A DNA stretch of 64,000 nt from Candidatus Bathyarchaeota archaeon (GCA_963820555.1 CAWGAT010000047.1:33982-97981); one strand, 5' to 3'. Counted from the stretch's first letter, positions 10,210-20,500 are shown. Program-made: numbers and translations. Notes: a model not told the origin generated them from the sequence alone.

Positions 10210-11247
10210 TAAACGCCCCTTCTAGGAGCCGATGGACTGGAAAGAGACCGACGAGAGGCTCATCAGACGAGGAGAGCTCATCCTGGACCCCTCCCTCATG
10301 AAAAACCACGTAAAAGAACTAAAAACCATGAACAGGCACAGAATAGGACGTCCCTACACCCTATCAAACAGCATCATCAAGCTCCTCACAGCAGTCCGCT
10401 ACCTCTACGGCCTCCCCTACCGCCAACTCGAAGGATTCACCAGAGCACTACACAGACTCGTACCTGACATGCCCACCGGCGACTACTCCGGCCTCCGCAA
10501 ACGGATCCTCGGCCAGCCCGTCGACCCCTACAAGGACCTCAAAGACGCCACCGAGCCCGTAACCATCGCCGTCGACTCCACCGGCATCAGCGTCCACAGG
10601 GCCGGAGGCTGGATAGAGAGGAAGCACGGGAAGAAGAGGAGGTACATCAAGCTCCACTTCGCCGTAAACACGGAGACCCACGAGGTGGTCGCTATGGAGG
10701 TCAGCACCGACGACGTTCACGACGTGAAGGCCCTCCCAGCGCTCGTGGAGGAGTCGGGGAGGAATGTCCGGGTCTCTGGGCTCCTCGGGGATGGTGCCTA
10801 CGACTCGTCGAAGGTCTACGCTCTGCTGGAGGGTCGGGGGATCGAGGCGGTTGTTAAGCCGAAGAGGAACGGTAGGTCTGATCGGGGTCATCCGGGCAGG
10901 CGTCGGGCGGTGGAGCTGGTGAGGAGTTTAGGGTATGATGGTTGGGCTGAGAGGGTGGGGTACGGGCGTAGGTGGGCTGTTGAGACGGCTTACTCGACGT
11001 TTAAGCGGTTGTTTGGGGAGCACAGCCTCGCCAGGAGCTTTGAGGGCATTGCGAGGGAGCTGGCTGGGAAGGTTTCGTTGTACAATATGCTGGTGAACCT
11101 GTGAGAGGTGGGGGCGACGTGGGCTTGTGTAGAGAGGGCTCTAATGGATTTTAACTAAATCCACAGAGCAGTTCTACGCACTTCTCAACGGAAGTTTACC
11201 TCATTACTGGCAAAAGGTTCGCTTCGAGTAGAAGAAGGGCGCTTTCG
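10210..11247 (+). mobile_element. IS5-family insertion sequence (approximate ends)
   Basis: Transposase ORF 10232..11104. Candidate imperfect inverted repeats are aaacgccccttctagg at ~10210-10225 and gaagggcgctttcgg at ~11232-11247. The ends are uncertain. Confidence 0.4.
10232..11104 (+). CDS. IS5-family DDE transposase
   Basis: 290 aa. Catalytic D in IAVDSTGISV, second D in LLGDGAYDS, E in WAVETAYSTFKRLFGE. Spacing and motifs match IS5/ISH-type transposases. Confidence 0.75.
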   Translation: MDWKETDERLIRRGELILDPSLMKNHVKELKTMNRHRIGRPYTLSNSIIKLLTAVRYLYGLPYRQLEGFTRALHRLVPDMPTGDYSGLRKRILGQPVDPYKDLKDATEPVTIAVDSTGISVHRAGGWIERKHGKKRRYIKLHFAVNTETHEVVAMEVSTDDVHDVKALPALVEESGRNVRVSGLLGDGAYDSSKVYALLEGRGIEAVVKPKRNGRSDRGHPGRRRAVELVRSLGYDGWAERVGYGRRWAVETAYSTFKRLFGEHSLARSFEGIARELAGKVSLYNMLVNL

Positions 11248-11383
11248 GGGTAGTTCCGTTCACGTGGGGTAAGGAGCACTGTCTAGTGCTTAAGACATCG
11301 ACGAAACTGAATTCTACGAATTTTTGAATACATTTAACGAGTTCATATCGAAGGTCATCGATAACTCAGATGGCGATCATAGT

Positions 11384-11773
11384 TCAACTAACTTGGTTTA
11401 TTACGACTTTCGTTTCCTCAGGGAAATCGCGCATCAGGCTATCCAGCAGCGTCTCAGTTATGAATCGCTTGAAACCAGTCTCGTCTAGGGATGGATAATA
11501 GACCCAGTGATGGCCGCCCTTACCCGTCTTCTCCTCACCCGAGATCACTCCCATCCCCCGCATAGCCTCCAAGAAGTTGATGATGCTGGCTCTGGAGATG
11601 GTCTCGCCTTTGAGAGCTTGGTTCACCTTAATCCAGACCGTTCTACTATTAGCACCCTCCAGAGAAGACCAGACAATCTGCATTGCCTTGAGTTGCCAGT
11701 TCTTCAGAACAGCATTGAAGCCTGTTTGTGACGTGTCGTATTCGAATCCGTTCATCACTCTGATCATATTCAC
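11384..11773 (-). CDS. winged-helix transcriptional regulator (BlaI/CopY/MarR-like fold)
   Basis: 129 aa. KAMQIVWSS ... SRTVWIKVNQAL ... ISRASIINFLEAMRGMGVI ... HHWVYY follows the wHTH pattern of small penicillinase-repressor-like regulators. Confidence 0.45.
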   Translation of the reverse strand: MNMIRVMNGFEYDTSQTGFNAVLKNWQLKAMQIVWSSLEGANSRTVWIKVNQALKGETISRASIINFLEAMRGMGVISGEEKTGKGGHHWVYYPSLDETGFKRFITETLLDSLMRDFPEETKVVINQVS

Positions 11774-11980
11774 AGCTATCTTTTAACATTTTTTCCAAAT
11801 TCACTCAGAGAGTTATCAAAATTCTTAACATGAAGGGAAAAACAAGCCCCTCCTCTTTGTGTAGAGTCGAGTCGTGGGTTGTGTAGACAATTGAGATATT
11901 CTCAGAGGGCTTGAAGTCGCGCGCTGGGGCGTTTAGAAATTATTTAAGCGTGTACGCCTCTTGAACACCGCTGATGTAGA

Positions 11981-12766
11981 ATGGAGTATAAACAAATCAA
12001 GGTAAGCAAAGATGAACAAGTGGGCGTCATCACAATCGATGCCCTACCGCAGAACGACTTCAGCAAGAGGATGATCGTGGAGATACTCGACTGCCTCGAC
12101 AACTTCGAGAGGGACGACGAGGTCCGGGCGGTCATGCTCAAGAGCACGGGGCCGAACTTCTCCCAGGGCGCGGGCGTCGAGGACCTCGACAAGGACATAG
12201 TGGAGGGGGTGACCGACACCCCGTTCTCGGAGCTGGGTGGCAGGATCGTCGAGAGGATCGACTGCTACCCGAAGCCGACCCTCGTCGCGGCCCGGGGCAT
12301 CTGCTTCGGAGGCTCCACCGCCGTCTTCAGCGCCTTCGACATCAGGATAGTCGGGGAGACCTTCAACATCCACGACGGCGACATCTACTACGGGATCGTC
12401 GGGTCCTGGGGAATGTGCAGCCTCCGGCTGCCGATTTGGATTGGTAGGAACAAGGTGCTGGACTACATGTTCCTCAACGAGGGCTTCACGGGGAGGCAGG
12501 CATACGAGCTTGGGCTGGTCAGCAAGGTCGTGCCGGACGACCAGGTCGACGAGATTGGCCTCGCCATCGCTAAGAAGATGTCCACCGCCGCGCCCGTCGC
12601 CGCGAGGTACTTCAAGGAGTGCGTCCGAAACACACTATACTCCCACCTCGCGGAGGCCCGTGCGAAGGAACTTGAGGCGTCGAAAATAGTCTGGGCCACC
12701 GAGGATGCCAAGGAGGGCCTGGCGAACGTTATCAGGGGAAAGAAGACCGTCTTCAAGGGCAGATGA
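11981..12766 (+). CDS. enoyl-CoA hydratase/isomerase (crotonase) family protein
   Basis: 261 aa with the crotonase fold: VGVITIDALPQNDFS ... oxyanion-hole region SQGAGVEDL ... CFGGSTAVFSAFDIRIV. Confidence 0.75.
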   Translation: MEYKQIKVSKDEQVGVITIDALPQNDFSKRMIVEILDCLDNFERDDEVRAVMLKSTGPNFSQGAGVEDLDKDIVEGVTDTPFSELGGRIVERIDCYPKPTLVAARGICFGGSTAVFSAFDIRIVGETFNIHDGDIYYGIVGSWGMCSLRLPIWIGRNKVLDYMFLNEGFTGRQAYELGLVSKVVPDDQVDEIGLAIAKKMSTAAPVAARYFKECVRNTLYSHLAEARAKELEASKIVWATEDAKEGLANVIRGKKTVFKGR

Positions 12767-13030
12767 ACTAACCACCTCTAGGAGGCGGGCTTCCTGACTC
12801 GCTGAAGCGACTAGCCCAACCCGCTGAGTCGCGCATTCAACTATTTAGAAGTAAATCAGCCCCCACCCACCTCTCCATCGAACAAAGGTTGAATGTTAAG
12901 CGCGTGCTTGACTCACTAATGTTTCTACACAAATAATGGAGACAATGGCTGGAATATAGGCGAGGCACCCTGTGTTCGACAGATACCTCGCTAGATTAGG
13001 GAACTACAATCGTAAAGTATATTAACAAAA

Positions 13031-13046
13031 GTTTACATATGTAAAC
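13031..13046. promoter_or_regulatory. perfect 16-bp palindrome GTTTACATATGTAAAC (plus a third GTTTAT half-site at 13051-13056) just upstream of the wHTH-nucleotidyltransferase gene
   Basis: Read directly from the sequence. It sits ~22-37 bp upstream of the GTG start at 13068, in the BRE/TATA zone. Probable autoregulatory operator for the wHTH domain. Confidence 0.55.
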
Positions 13047-13067
13047 TAAAGTTTATGGTGTTTTGGT

Positions 13068-13655
13068 GTGCTTCTGCATAAATATCTGGAGAAACTCCTG
13101 GGATCCAAGGCCAAAGTGAAGATACTAAGAGCCTTACAACGCCACAGAGGCAAAGAGTTCACCGTGCGTGAGCTCGCAGATTACATTAATATCTCCCACA
13201 CAGGCGTCCATAAAGCCCTCATTGACTTATATGACATGAACGTGATCACCCTCAAATCTGTCGGAAAATCCCACACGGTGACCCTAAACGAGGAAAGCCA
13301 TACGAGGGACCTGTTAGAATACCTATTCAAATTCGAGGAGGAGACCCTAAGAGCGCTCCAGAGTCTTATAAATAATTACCTCTGTAGCCAACCTAATATT
13401 AGTTCAGCCGCAATATTCGGAAGCGTTGCTCGCGGAGAAGAGGAACCTCGAAGCGACATCGACCTCCTGATACTATCAAATGACAGGGAAAAAGCGGAAG
13501 TGGCAGTCTCAGAGCTTCAAGTTGAGGTCTCCAGAAAGTTCGGGAACCCCCTAACTACATACATCATAACTAGAGAGGAGCTGGAAGGGAGGAAAATACC
13601 TTTAATGAAAGAGATACAGGAGCAACACATCATGATCTGCGGCGAAACTCTGTAG
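13068..13655 (+). CDS. fusion of an N-terminal winged HTH and a minimal nucleotidyltransferase (MNT, Pol-beta-like) domain
   Basis: N-terminus: AKVKILRALQRHRGKEFTVRELADYINISHTGVHKALIDL (wHTH). C-terminus: IFGSVARGEEEPRSDIDLLIL (the GS-x-ARG ... DxD nucleotidyltransferase signature). Sits in an AT-rich island. No cognate HEPN partner ORF was found. Confidence 0.7.
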   Translation: MLLHKYLEKLLGSKAKVKILRALQRHRGKEFTVRELADYINISHTGVHKALIDLYDMNVITLKSVGKSHTVTLNEESHTRDLLEYLFKFEEETLRALQSLINNYLCSQPNISSAAIFGSVARGEEEPRSDIDLLILSNDREKAEVAVSELQVEVSRKFGNPLTTYIITREELEGRKIPLMKEIQEQHIMICGETL

Positions 13656-13949
13656 TAGACGTAATGTCAATAAAAACTAGGAAAGTGGAGCATGGACTAT
13701 ATACTAAGTCTGTTGACGTCTACATAGTATTTATATAGTTGTTATATGCCAACGCCGGAATTTGTTAATAATTAAGGTTCTTCGGACTTCGTCAGATTCG
13801 TTATAATGTTAAAACTTGGTGAGTGTCATAACTACATGGATCGGATTTCTTAGGGCTAAACGGGAAGACCCCAGTTGAGGCTTGCAGAATCGAGGTCAAG
13901 GGAGATAACAAGTGGAAGATATTAATTCAAAACGCAAAGAAGACCAATT

Positions 13950-14573
13950 TTATATATGTATAAGTCCTTTCTCTTTCGCTATTTGAAGTAGTTCATCTAT
14001 ATCCTTTATGGGAGCCATTAAGGCAAATTCTCCCCAATGCCATAAGCCCTTTTCATGTGTTTGGGTTCTATACCCAAACCGCAACTCCTTTCTACCATCA
14101 TCCCATAGTAATTCTTCTATCAAAATGATTTTATCGATAACATTTGTCTGTTGTCCCCAAACGACTTTATTTATTTTGAAGTGAACCCGATCTTTTCTAG
14201 ACCTACCCTTTGGGACAATCCCACCTTCGAGCTTGAGACGAAGCGTTTTACCTGCTCTATCCTTTATCGGTATCTCTCGAACCCTATCCTCTTCAGAAAA
14301 ATAACCATTAATCATATCATATTCTATAATACTACCATTTCGGTTAACATTTGCTTTTCAATCAACCGAAAGGTAACAGCCCAACAAAACAGTCTGATCA
14401 ACCGAAGAGGTAACAGAACCCTCATATCTAGGTTCATCCCGAAGAATTTTGACATGAAGATAAATCCGACGAAGACTTGACAGAACCGCCCATTACCTTC
14501 GCAACTTCGTTGACTATCTCATCGATAGAACTTGATCCACCCAGATTCCGTAATGCCTGAAGGACGGGATTCA
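13950..14573 (-). pseudogene. decayed gene with an Mrr_N-like N-terminal wHTH fragment (47 aa) and a 121 aa C-terminal ORF, separated by a stop and a frameshift
   Basis: The minus strand 14573..14433 encodes MNPVLQALRNLGGSSSIDEIVNEVAKVMGG, which resembles the Mrr N-terminal DNA-binding domain. After a stop and frame changes the reading continues into the 13950..14315 ORF (MINGYFSEEDRVREIPIKDRAGKTLRL ...). No intact catalytic domain was recognised. Confidence 0.35.
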
Positions 14574-14774
14574 TGAATTTATCGTAAGAAGGAAGACTCG
14601 GCGTCGTATCCCCACCTATACTATATTGTTGGTTTCAATAGGATATTTAAAATAATTTTAATTCAATATGCTTAACGGTTCAAATTAAAAATGCTTTATT
14701 TTGAAGAAGACCCTTTTAAAAAGTGTGACTTTTCACATAAAATATTTTTCTCTTAAAAATTATATCATATGAAA

Positions 14775-15587
14775 TTACTCATAAATAATATCACCATCAC
14801 GCGTAGTTATAGTCATTTTAATCAACCCTTGATAAACTAATTCATTTAGAGAATCTTTTACATCCATTTCTTGATATGACTTTTTTGGATTGCTAGACTT
14901 AAGTATATTTGTCCAGTCATTAATAGTTCCACTAAATTGAGTTTCATCTTTTTTATTTAATATAGTATTTCTCAAACTTGGATTATAAATATTTTTCAAT
15001 GTTTTAAAACAATATAAAAGAACTAGGATCGAAGTGATCCAAATTGCCATATGATAATAAGGCGTTTGTCTATCAAGAATAACTATTTTATTATCCCAAA
15101 AAATGAAATATTTTACAAAATCTAAGTATAGTCCCATAGAACCATAAAACGATATAGATAAAACACCGCTACTAACTGCCACTCGGAATAAAATATGTTT
15201 CCACCAACTAAAAACGTCTCTCTTCTTTATTGCATAATAAGAACATAACAATATGGGAGCAAGGCTAATAATTAATGCAGTAATAGCTTCAATATATTTT
15301 TCTAAAATAATTAGAATGATAAACTGTATTAACAAACCAGCAGAAACCGAAGCTAAATTCGAAACGATTTCTTTTCGCTTCATTGAGATCTCAAAAAATG
15401 GTTTTAATAATTCTTCATCACATTCTCTACAAAGTCTTCGTTTTGGAAAACTTCTCATCGTTGTAACAAATTTTTTAAGAGGAGCAACCGCAGGTTCGAT
15501 AAAAAGCTCGTCAGTTCCCCATGCAAAAAAACTAAAAAATAGACCTAAAACTCCAGTTACAATACCTGAAAAAAGGAACGCGTCCAT
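14775..15587 (-). CDS. hypothetical polytopic membrane protein with a cytoplasmic C-terminal domain
   Basis: 270 aa, ~5 predicted TM helices, low GC (~33%). No recognisable motifs. Confidence 0.4.
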   Translation of the reverse strand: MDAFLFSGIVTGVLGLFFSFFAWGTDELFIEPAVAPLKKFVTTMRSFPKRRLCRECDEELLKPFFEISMKRKEIVSNLASVSAGLLIQFIILIILEKYIEAITALIISLAPILLCSYYAIKKRDVFSWWKHILFRVAVSSGVLSISFYGSMGLYLDFVKYFIFWDNKIVILDRQTPYYHMAIWITSILVLLYCFKTLKNIYNPSLRNTILNKKDETQFSGTINDWTNILKSSNPKKSYQEMDVKDSLNELVYQGLIKMTITTRDGDIIYE

Positions 15588-15621
15588 TATGTTCTATAGA
15601 TTTAACTAGAAATAATATTTA

Positions 15622-15840
15622 TCATTTTTCTTTTTTATCTTTCTTGAACAGGTGCCAATTGAAATCCTTCAAATATTGATCCCAAACTACATCGGAAACT
15701 ATGAGAAGACCGGGAATGATACCTATGCCAACAGCAATATTATTCGTAATACTAACTGCCTGTATACCTAATGAAATTATGCCAAAACCAAATAAAAGTA
15801 AAATAAGACCGATCACCCACTTTCCCGGTTCTTTGTGCAA
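15622..15840 (-). CDS. hypothetical small 2-TM membrane protein
   Basis: 72 aa with two hydrophobic helices and a KKDKKEK tail. Co-directional with and upstream of 14775..15587, likely the same operon. Confidence 0.35.
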   Translation of the reverse strand: MHKEPGKWVIGLILLLFGFGIISLGIQAVSITNNIAVGIGIIPGLLIVSDVVWDQYLKDFNWHLFKKDKKEK

Positions 15841-16211
15841 TATTATCCCCTCGACCTTAGGGAACTTATAGGAAAAATATAACGGAGCTTTAATATATAT
15901 TTTATTCTTAGTATGTGATAATTTTCAAAAAAATTCACCTTTTCTCGAATGGTGGTAATAAAACGTGTTAACATTGAAACGCGTGTTCCAAAGTAATTTG
16001 GGGAGAATAACTTAAAAAAGGAAAAAATTTAGATCGAGCTGGTTGAAGAGATAGCTTTATATAATTGTTGTTATGGATGCACCCACTTTTTTGGTGGGTC
16101 TAGTGCCGCACATTGTTTCTATTTCTAGTGAGGAAAACGATGGGCTCAGCATCGGCGTCACTAGGCGGTTCCTCGGGCGCCGAGCTGATCCCCAGGTCAA
16201 ATGGGTGAAAC

Positions 16212-16541
16212 GTGATGGAGCTCGAAGCAACGATAATGGGCCACAGGGTCACCTTCCGAAGCTGGACGTACGGGAAGAAACAGGATGCTATGCGAAGGGC
16301 GACCAGTTGGAGGAAGGAGCCCGACGGGGGCTTGGTCCCGGACGTTGACCCGTGGCTCCTCAACGACCTGATGCTGGCGGCGACGGTCGCTGAGTGGGAC
16401 CTAAAGGGGCCGGATGGTAGCCCCCTCCACGTGTCCGTCGAGTCCATTCGGGGGATTGAGCCGCCGGAGCTCGTTGAGCAGATGATCGAGTTCACCCAGA
16501 GGCTTAACGGTGTCACTCGGGAGGAGAGAAAAAAATCATGA
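16212..16541 (+). CDS. hypothetical virus-like protein
   Basis: 109 aa. First ORF after the GC jump and co-directional with the tail-like genes. No confident motif. Confidence 0.3.
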   Translation: MMELEATIMGHRVTFRSWTYGKKQDAMRRATSWRKEPDGGLVPDVDPWLLNDLMLAATVAEWDLKGPDGSPLHVSVESIRGIEPPELVEQMIEFTQRLNGVTREERKKS

Positions 16542-16753
16542 TGGCTGTGAAGCGCGGTAAGCCTGAGCCACTTCTGGAGGATGTTTCGCTCTGCGCTCGC
16601 TTGGGCTGGACCCTAGACCAACTGAGGCGTCAGCCTGCAAGGTTCGTTGAGGTTCTTAGGGTCTACCTCGGGGCACTGGACGACGTGCAGAGCCGTGAGA
16701 ACAGGCGCCTGACCGAGGAATTCGAAGCGAAGATGCGGAGGCTTCACCCTTGA
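16538..16753 (+). CDS. hypothetical virus-like protein
   Basis: 71 aa. Its start overlaps the stop of the previous ORF (ATGA), and its own stop overlaps the start of the next ORF. Confidence 0.3.
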   Translation: MMAVKRGKPEPLLEDVSLCARLGWTLDQLRRQPARFVEVLRVYLGALDDVQSRENRRLTEEFEAKMRRLHP

Positions 16754-17130
16754 TGATAACTAAGGCAATAAGATTTGGGGACCTGGGATTAGAGCTTAGG
16801 TTACTCCCAACCAGAGTCGGTGAGGCCTCAAAACAATCCCTAAGCCTCGACCGCATGGTCTTAATAGCGAAGTCCTACTGCCCCATCGACACCGGAGCCC
16901 TGATGGCCTCGATCCGAGCAGAAATGCGCGGACCCCTAGAAACGGCCCTGATCGCGGGCGGAGGAGGATACGTTAACCCCAGAACCCTAAAACCTGTAGA
17001 TTACGCGAAAAACGTCCACGACGGTACGAGCCGCATACCACCCCGACCCTTTCTCCTCCAGGCAATCCTCGCCGAGCGGCTCAGGCTCGCACAGGAGATC
17101 ATTGAACGGAGTGGAGGGCTGATGTCGTAA
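16750..17130 (+). CDS. HK97 gp10-like tail-completion / head-tail joining protein
   Basis: 126 aa. SYCPIDTGALMASIRAEM matches the conserved V-P-x-D-T-G-x-L-(R/K)-x-S-I motif of the HK97-gp10 family. Confidence 0.5.
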   Translation: MMITKAIRFGDLGLELRLLPTRVGEASKQSLSLDRMVLIAKSYCPIDTGALMASIRAEMRGPLETALIAGGGGYVNPRTLKPVDYAKNVHDGTSRIPPRPFLLQAILAERLRLAQEIIERSGGLMS

Positions 17131-17744
17131 TGGAGACCAGCCTAGTCTACACGGTCTCTGTCACCGGCCTAGACCAGGTTAAAGCACAGGCGGATTCAGC
17201 CGCGAAGAGTGCAGACCTCGCCTCGAATAGTGTCAGGGGCCTTCAGGGAGAGGGCCTCAGGACCATGCCCCTGGTGATGAACGCCCTCCAGACGGTGAAC
17301 TCTCTCCACAGTAGCGTGGAGAACGCCACGAAGGCGCTTCAGACGATGAACCCGGAGGCGATGATCTACGCCCTCCTAAGCATGATCAGCGTCGCCACCA
17401 ACCTGATGCAAATCATGAGACTCCTGAGGGAGTCCACAGCCACCGCCGCCGCTGCCCAAGCAGTCCTCGACACCCTGATCGGAGCCTGGTGGCTGATACC
17501 CCTCGCAATTACTGCTGGAGTGATGGTTGCGTCGAGTGTCCGCTCTATGCAGACAGGGGGACTCATCCATGAGACTGGGACGTATCTCCTCCACAGGGGG
17601 GAGTACGTCGTACCCGCCAACAACACGGCCAACTACGGCCCCTTCTACGTCTCCTTCACGGGCGGCCCTCAGGGCCTCGACGTGGAGGGGTTCCTGAGAG
17701 AGCTTGGCCCGAGCCTCACGAGGCGGATCAGGAGGACTGCCTAG
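17130..17744 (+). CDS. coiled-coil plus 2-TM protein, tape-measure-like or internal virion protein
   Basis: 204 aa. N-terminal heptad-rich region, two hydrophobic helices (IYALLSMISVATNLMQI and WWLIPLAITAGVMVASSV), Ala-rich linker. Confidence 0.3.
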   Translation: METSLVYTVSVTGLDQVKAQADSAAKSADLASNSVRGLQGEGLRTMPLVMNALQTVNSLHSSVENATKALQTMNPEAMIYALLSMISVATNLMQIMRLLRESTATAAAAQAVLDTLIGAWWLIPLAITAGVMVASSVRSMQTGGLIHETGTYLLHRGEYVVPANNTANYGPFYVSFTGGPQGLDVEGFLRELGPSLTRRIRRTA

Positions 17745-19000
17745 ATGACGCTAGCCCCCTCGCCCACTTGGGCTCAATGCCACATCGAGGTTCACGAGGC
17801 GCCCGGTTGGCTCGACGACTGCTTCAGGTCGACTTTATGGACCAAGTTCCGGAGCGCTGACTCCGAGAGCTTCGCCAACGCAAACGACATAGCAGGGGAC
17901 TACGCAACAATGGCGGTCACTGAGGGCGACGTAGTCAACGGCTGCGGGTGGCAGAAGGACATCATTGGCCTCGCCCTAAACACGTCGAACTACCCGAGCC
18001 TACGAGTCCGCCTCAGGGGTAGGGGGACTTCACCTCAATATCAGATTGAGGTGGAGATGAGTGACAGCACAATCGATGCGTCAGGTTGGTGCGACGCCCC
18101 AACGGGGTTCGAGGCGAGGACCCTTAACCTCACCCCCGGCAAGACCGTCAAATACGTAAGACTCTACGCCCGATTCATCGACACCCCTCGCCTCAGCCCA
18201 GATCGACTACGACTACGCCGTCATTCAGGCCCAGCCGCCACTGATCCCATACGAACACCTGAGGTCGACGTGGAGCTCCAGCACACCATCGCTAGCTCCG
18301 GCTTCAGGGTCAGATGCTGGCACGACATCCTCCAGGGCGTCACCGCCCGCAGCTATACGATTCGAGGAGGGCTCAGGCATCAAGGCCTACGACCTGAGCG
18401 GCAACCGAGGGCCACGGAACCCTCGTCAACTCGCCCACATGGGTCGCAGGTGCAGCCACGGCGGAGGTCTCCAGTTCGTCGGCTCCTCTTCGCAGAGAGT
18501 CGACACAGGGTACCTCCCCACAATCCCAGCGTCAGGGGCCCTGAGCATCGCCTCTGGGTCAAGGGCATCGAGTGGGGCTACAGGCGTCATCGTCGGCTCA
18601 GGGAAGGTGCCTGGCGGGTCGTTCAACAGGCTCCAACTCAACTTCCAGTCAACGGATAAGGTCAGGCATCTACGTCAAGGACGACGCTGGCAACATCCGG
18701 CAGTACACATCGACAAGACGATCTGCGATGACACTTGGCACCACGTCGTCAGCCGTCGTGGACCCCGCCAACGACGTCGTCACCCTCTACGTGGACGGCA
18801 TATTCGACGGGCAGGCATCGGGAGCCCTCGGGGCAATCACCCTCGATGCCCTACGACTTCACATTGGGCTGCCTCCATAACGAGGCTGGCTACACGCAGC
18901 TCATGCGACATGCTTCCTCGACGAGGTGGCATTCTACGAGAAGGCTCTGACCTACGATGAGGTCCTGACATCTTCAGGAGGGATCCACCCTCGGGGATAA
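17745..19000 (+). pseudogene. frameshifted large tail-fibre or receptor-binding-like protein with a LamG/concanavalin-like domain
   Basis: Three overlapping frames (17745..18659, 18439..18960, 18572..18880) together encode DDTWHHVV ... VTLYVDGIFDGQASGA. The W-H-H-V ... L-Y-V-D-G pattern is typical of LamG domains. Confidence 0.35.
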
Positions 19001-19075
19001 GCGGGGCGTCCTGTGGCGCATGGGTGATGATCTACCTGGCCGCGGAGCCGGAGAGCCTGGTCTACAAGCTGATCA

Positions 19076-20500
19076 GTGGAAGGGTGCTCGAACGCGTACA
19101 TGGGCGGCGACCCCGATGGGCCCTGGATTGAGCTCAGCGGCGAGGACCAGAGCGAGATCGTCCACGAGAGGATCTGGAGCCGGGAGTTCACGAGCCCGAC
19201 CCAGATCAGCACCGTAGCGGGGTACGTCGTGGACGATGCCGTGGACGAGCTCTACCGGGACATCGACGCCACGAACAGGACGATAGTCAACAACTTCAGG
19301 AACGAGAACGCCTGGAGCGTCCTCGGCAAGCTGGCGGAGAGTGCATCCTTCGCAACCGGCGAGAGCGGCGCTCACTTCTTCGTGGACCCCGGCGGCTGCT
19401 TCCGGTTCCGGAAGTACGGCGCCTTCGCCTGCCCACACCATCATCTCGGACGGCAGCGACGGCTACCCGCCGAACATCATGGACATCGAGGCCACGGAGA
19501 GCATCAAGGGCTCGCCCAGCCTCGTCAACGACGTGAAGGTGGTGATCTTCGAGGAGGAGAACATACCTAGGGATCGAGGACGGTTGGACGGAGTGCGCCG
19601 GATGGCTGGAGCAGCCCGGACCCAACGGACTCGGCTATCCCCTAGAGCGAGGCAGTTGACAAGGTAAGGGGACTACGCCTCCGTCAAGTTCCAGACGACG
19701 AACCCGGGCCCAGTCTACAGGATGCGCCTCTCCTTCTCGGAGCAGGACCTAACCGGATTCGACTCGGTCAAATTCAGCCTCAAGTACGGGTCAGGGCTCA
19801 GCATCGACTCCTTCACGTTCCAGATAATGAAGGGGAGGCTTCGGAGCCGGCGACTACTATGAGATCACAGGCGATGTATCTCCCCCGGGAGCCGACGCCT
19901 GGCATGAGATAACGATCAACCTCGCCGATATGAGCAGGATCGGCAACCCAGGCAACATCGTTAACAACCTCGAGCTGAAGGCCGTACCACGTCCACCGAG
20001 ATCGGGATCGGCGGCTTCCTCATCGACCATCTAAGATTCATCCGCAGCGAGAAGTCGGGAAGCGCCTCAGACTCGGCGAGCCAGCTCACCTACGGGAAGC
20101 GGAGCCTCACCATCGTCGACAAGGGCATAACCAGCACAACCTACGCAGGCTACGTCGCCTCGAACATCGTCGCCAACCGAAAGAACCCAGTGGCCACACT
20201 CGGAGTAACGGTGCCTGGACGCGGTCAGCCCGGCTATAGACCACCCCAGAGCGTCACCGTGACGAGCCTCAAGGACGGGATAAGCTCAAGGGCCTTCCAG
20301 ATCGTGAAGGCTAGGCACAGGATACACAGCCGGGGAGGGCTACACCTGCGAACTTGACCTCGTCGCCGCCAAGACCGCGGGAAGCCCCCCGCTTACTCGG
20401 AGCTGGTCTGCCCGAGCCTCAACGATCTCCCAACTCTCCTCGGCGAGTGGAGGAGGCGGCTGCAGGGGGAGGCACTGAACAGCCTCAGGAGTGAGTGGAT
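19076..20500 (+). pseudogene. frameshifted tail-fibre or carbohydrate-binding-module-like protein(s)
   Basis: My own translation finds long open stretches in alternating frames, for example DYASVKFQTTNPGPVYRMRLSFSEQDLTGFDSVKFSLKYGSGLSIDSFTFQI and GDYYEITGDVSPPGADAWHEITINLADMSRIGNPGN. This is the beta-sandwich CBM-like composition seen in virus fibres. Confidence 0.3.

Noticed and set aside
16073-16516. ORFs 16073..16348 (+) and 16100..16516 (-) at the AT/GC boundary
   Set aside because: They straddle the composition break and overlap better-supported co-directional ORFs. No motifs.
19600-20500. Absence of ORF-track entries in 19.6-20.5 kb, as a possible non-coding or RNA region
   Set aside because: My own translation shows long open stretches in alternating frames with fibre-like protein composition. 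This is frameshifted coding sequence, not non-coding DNA.
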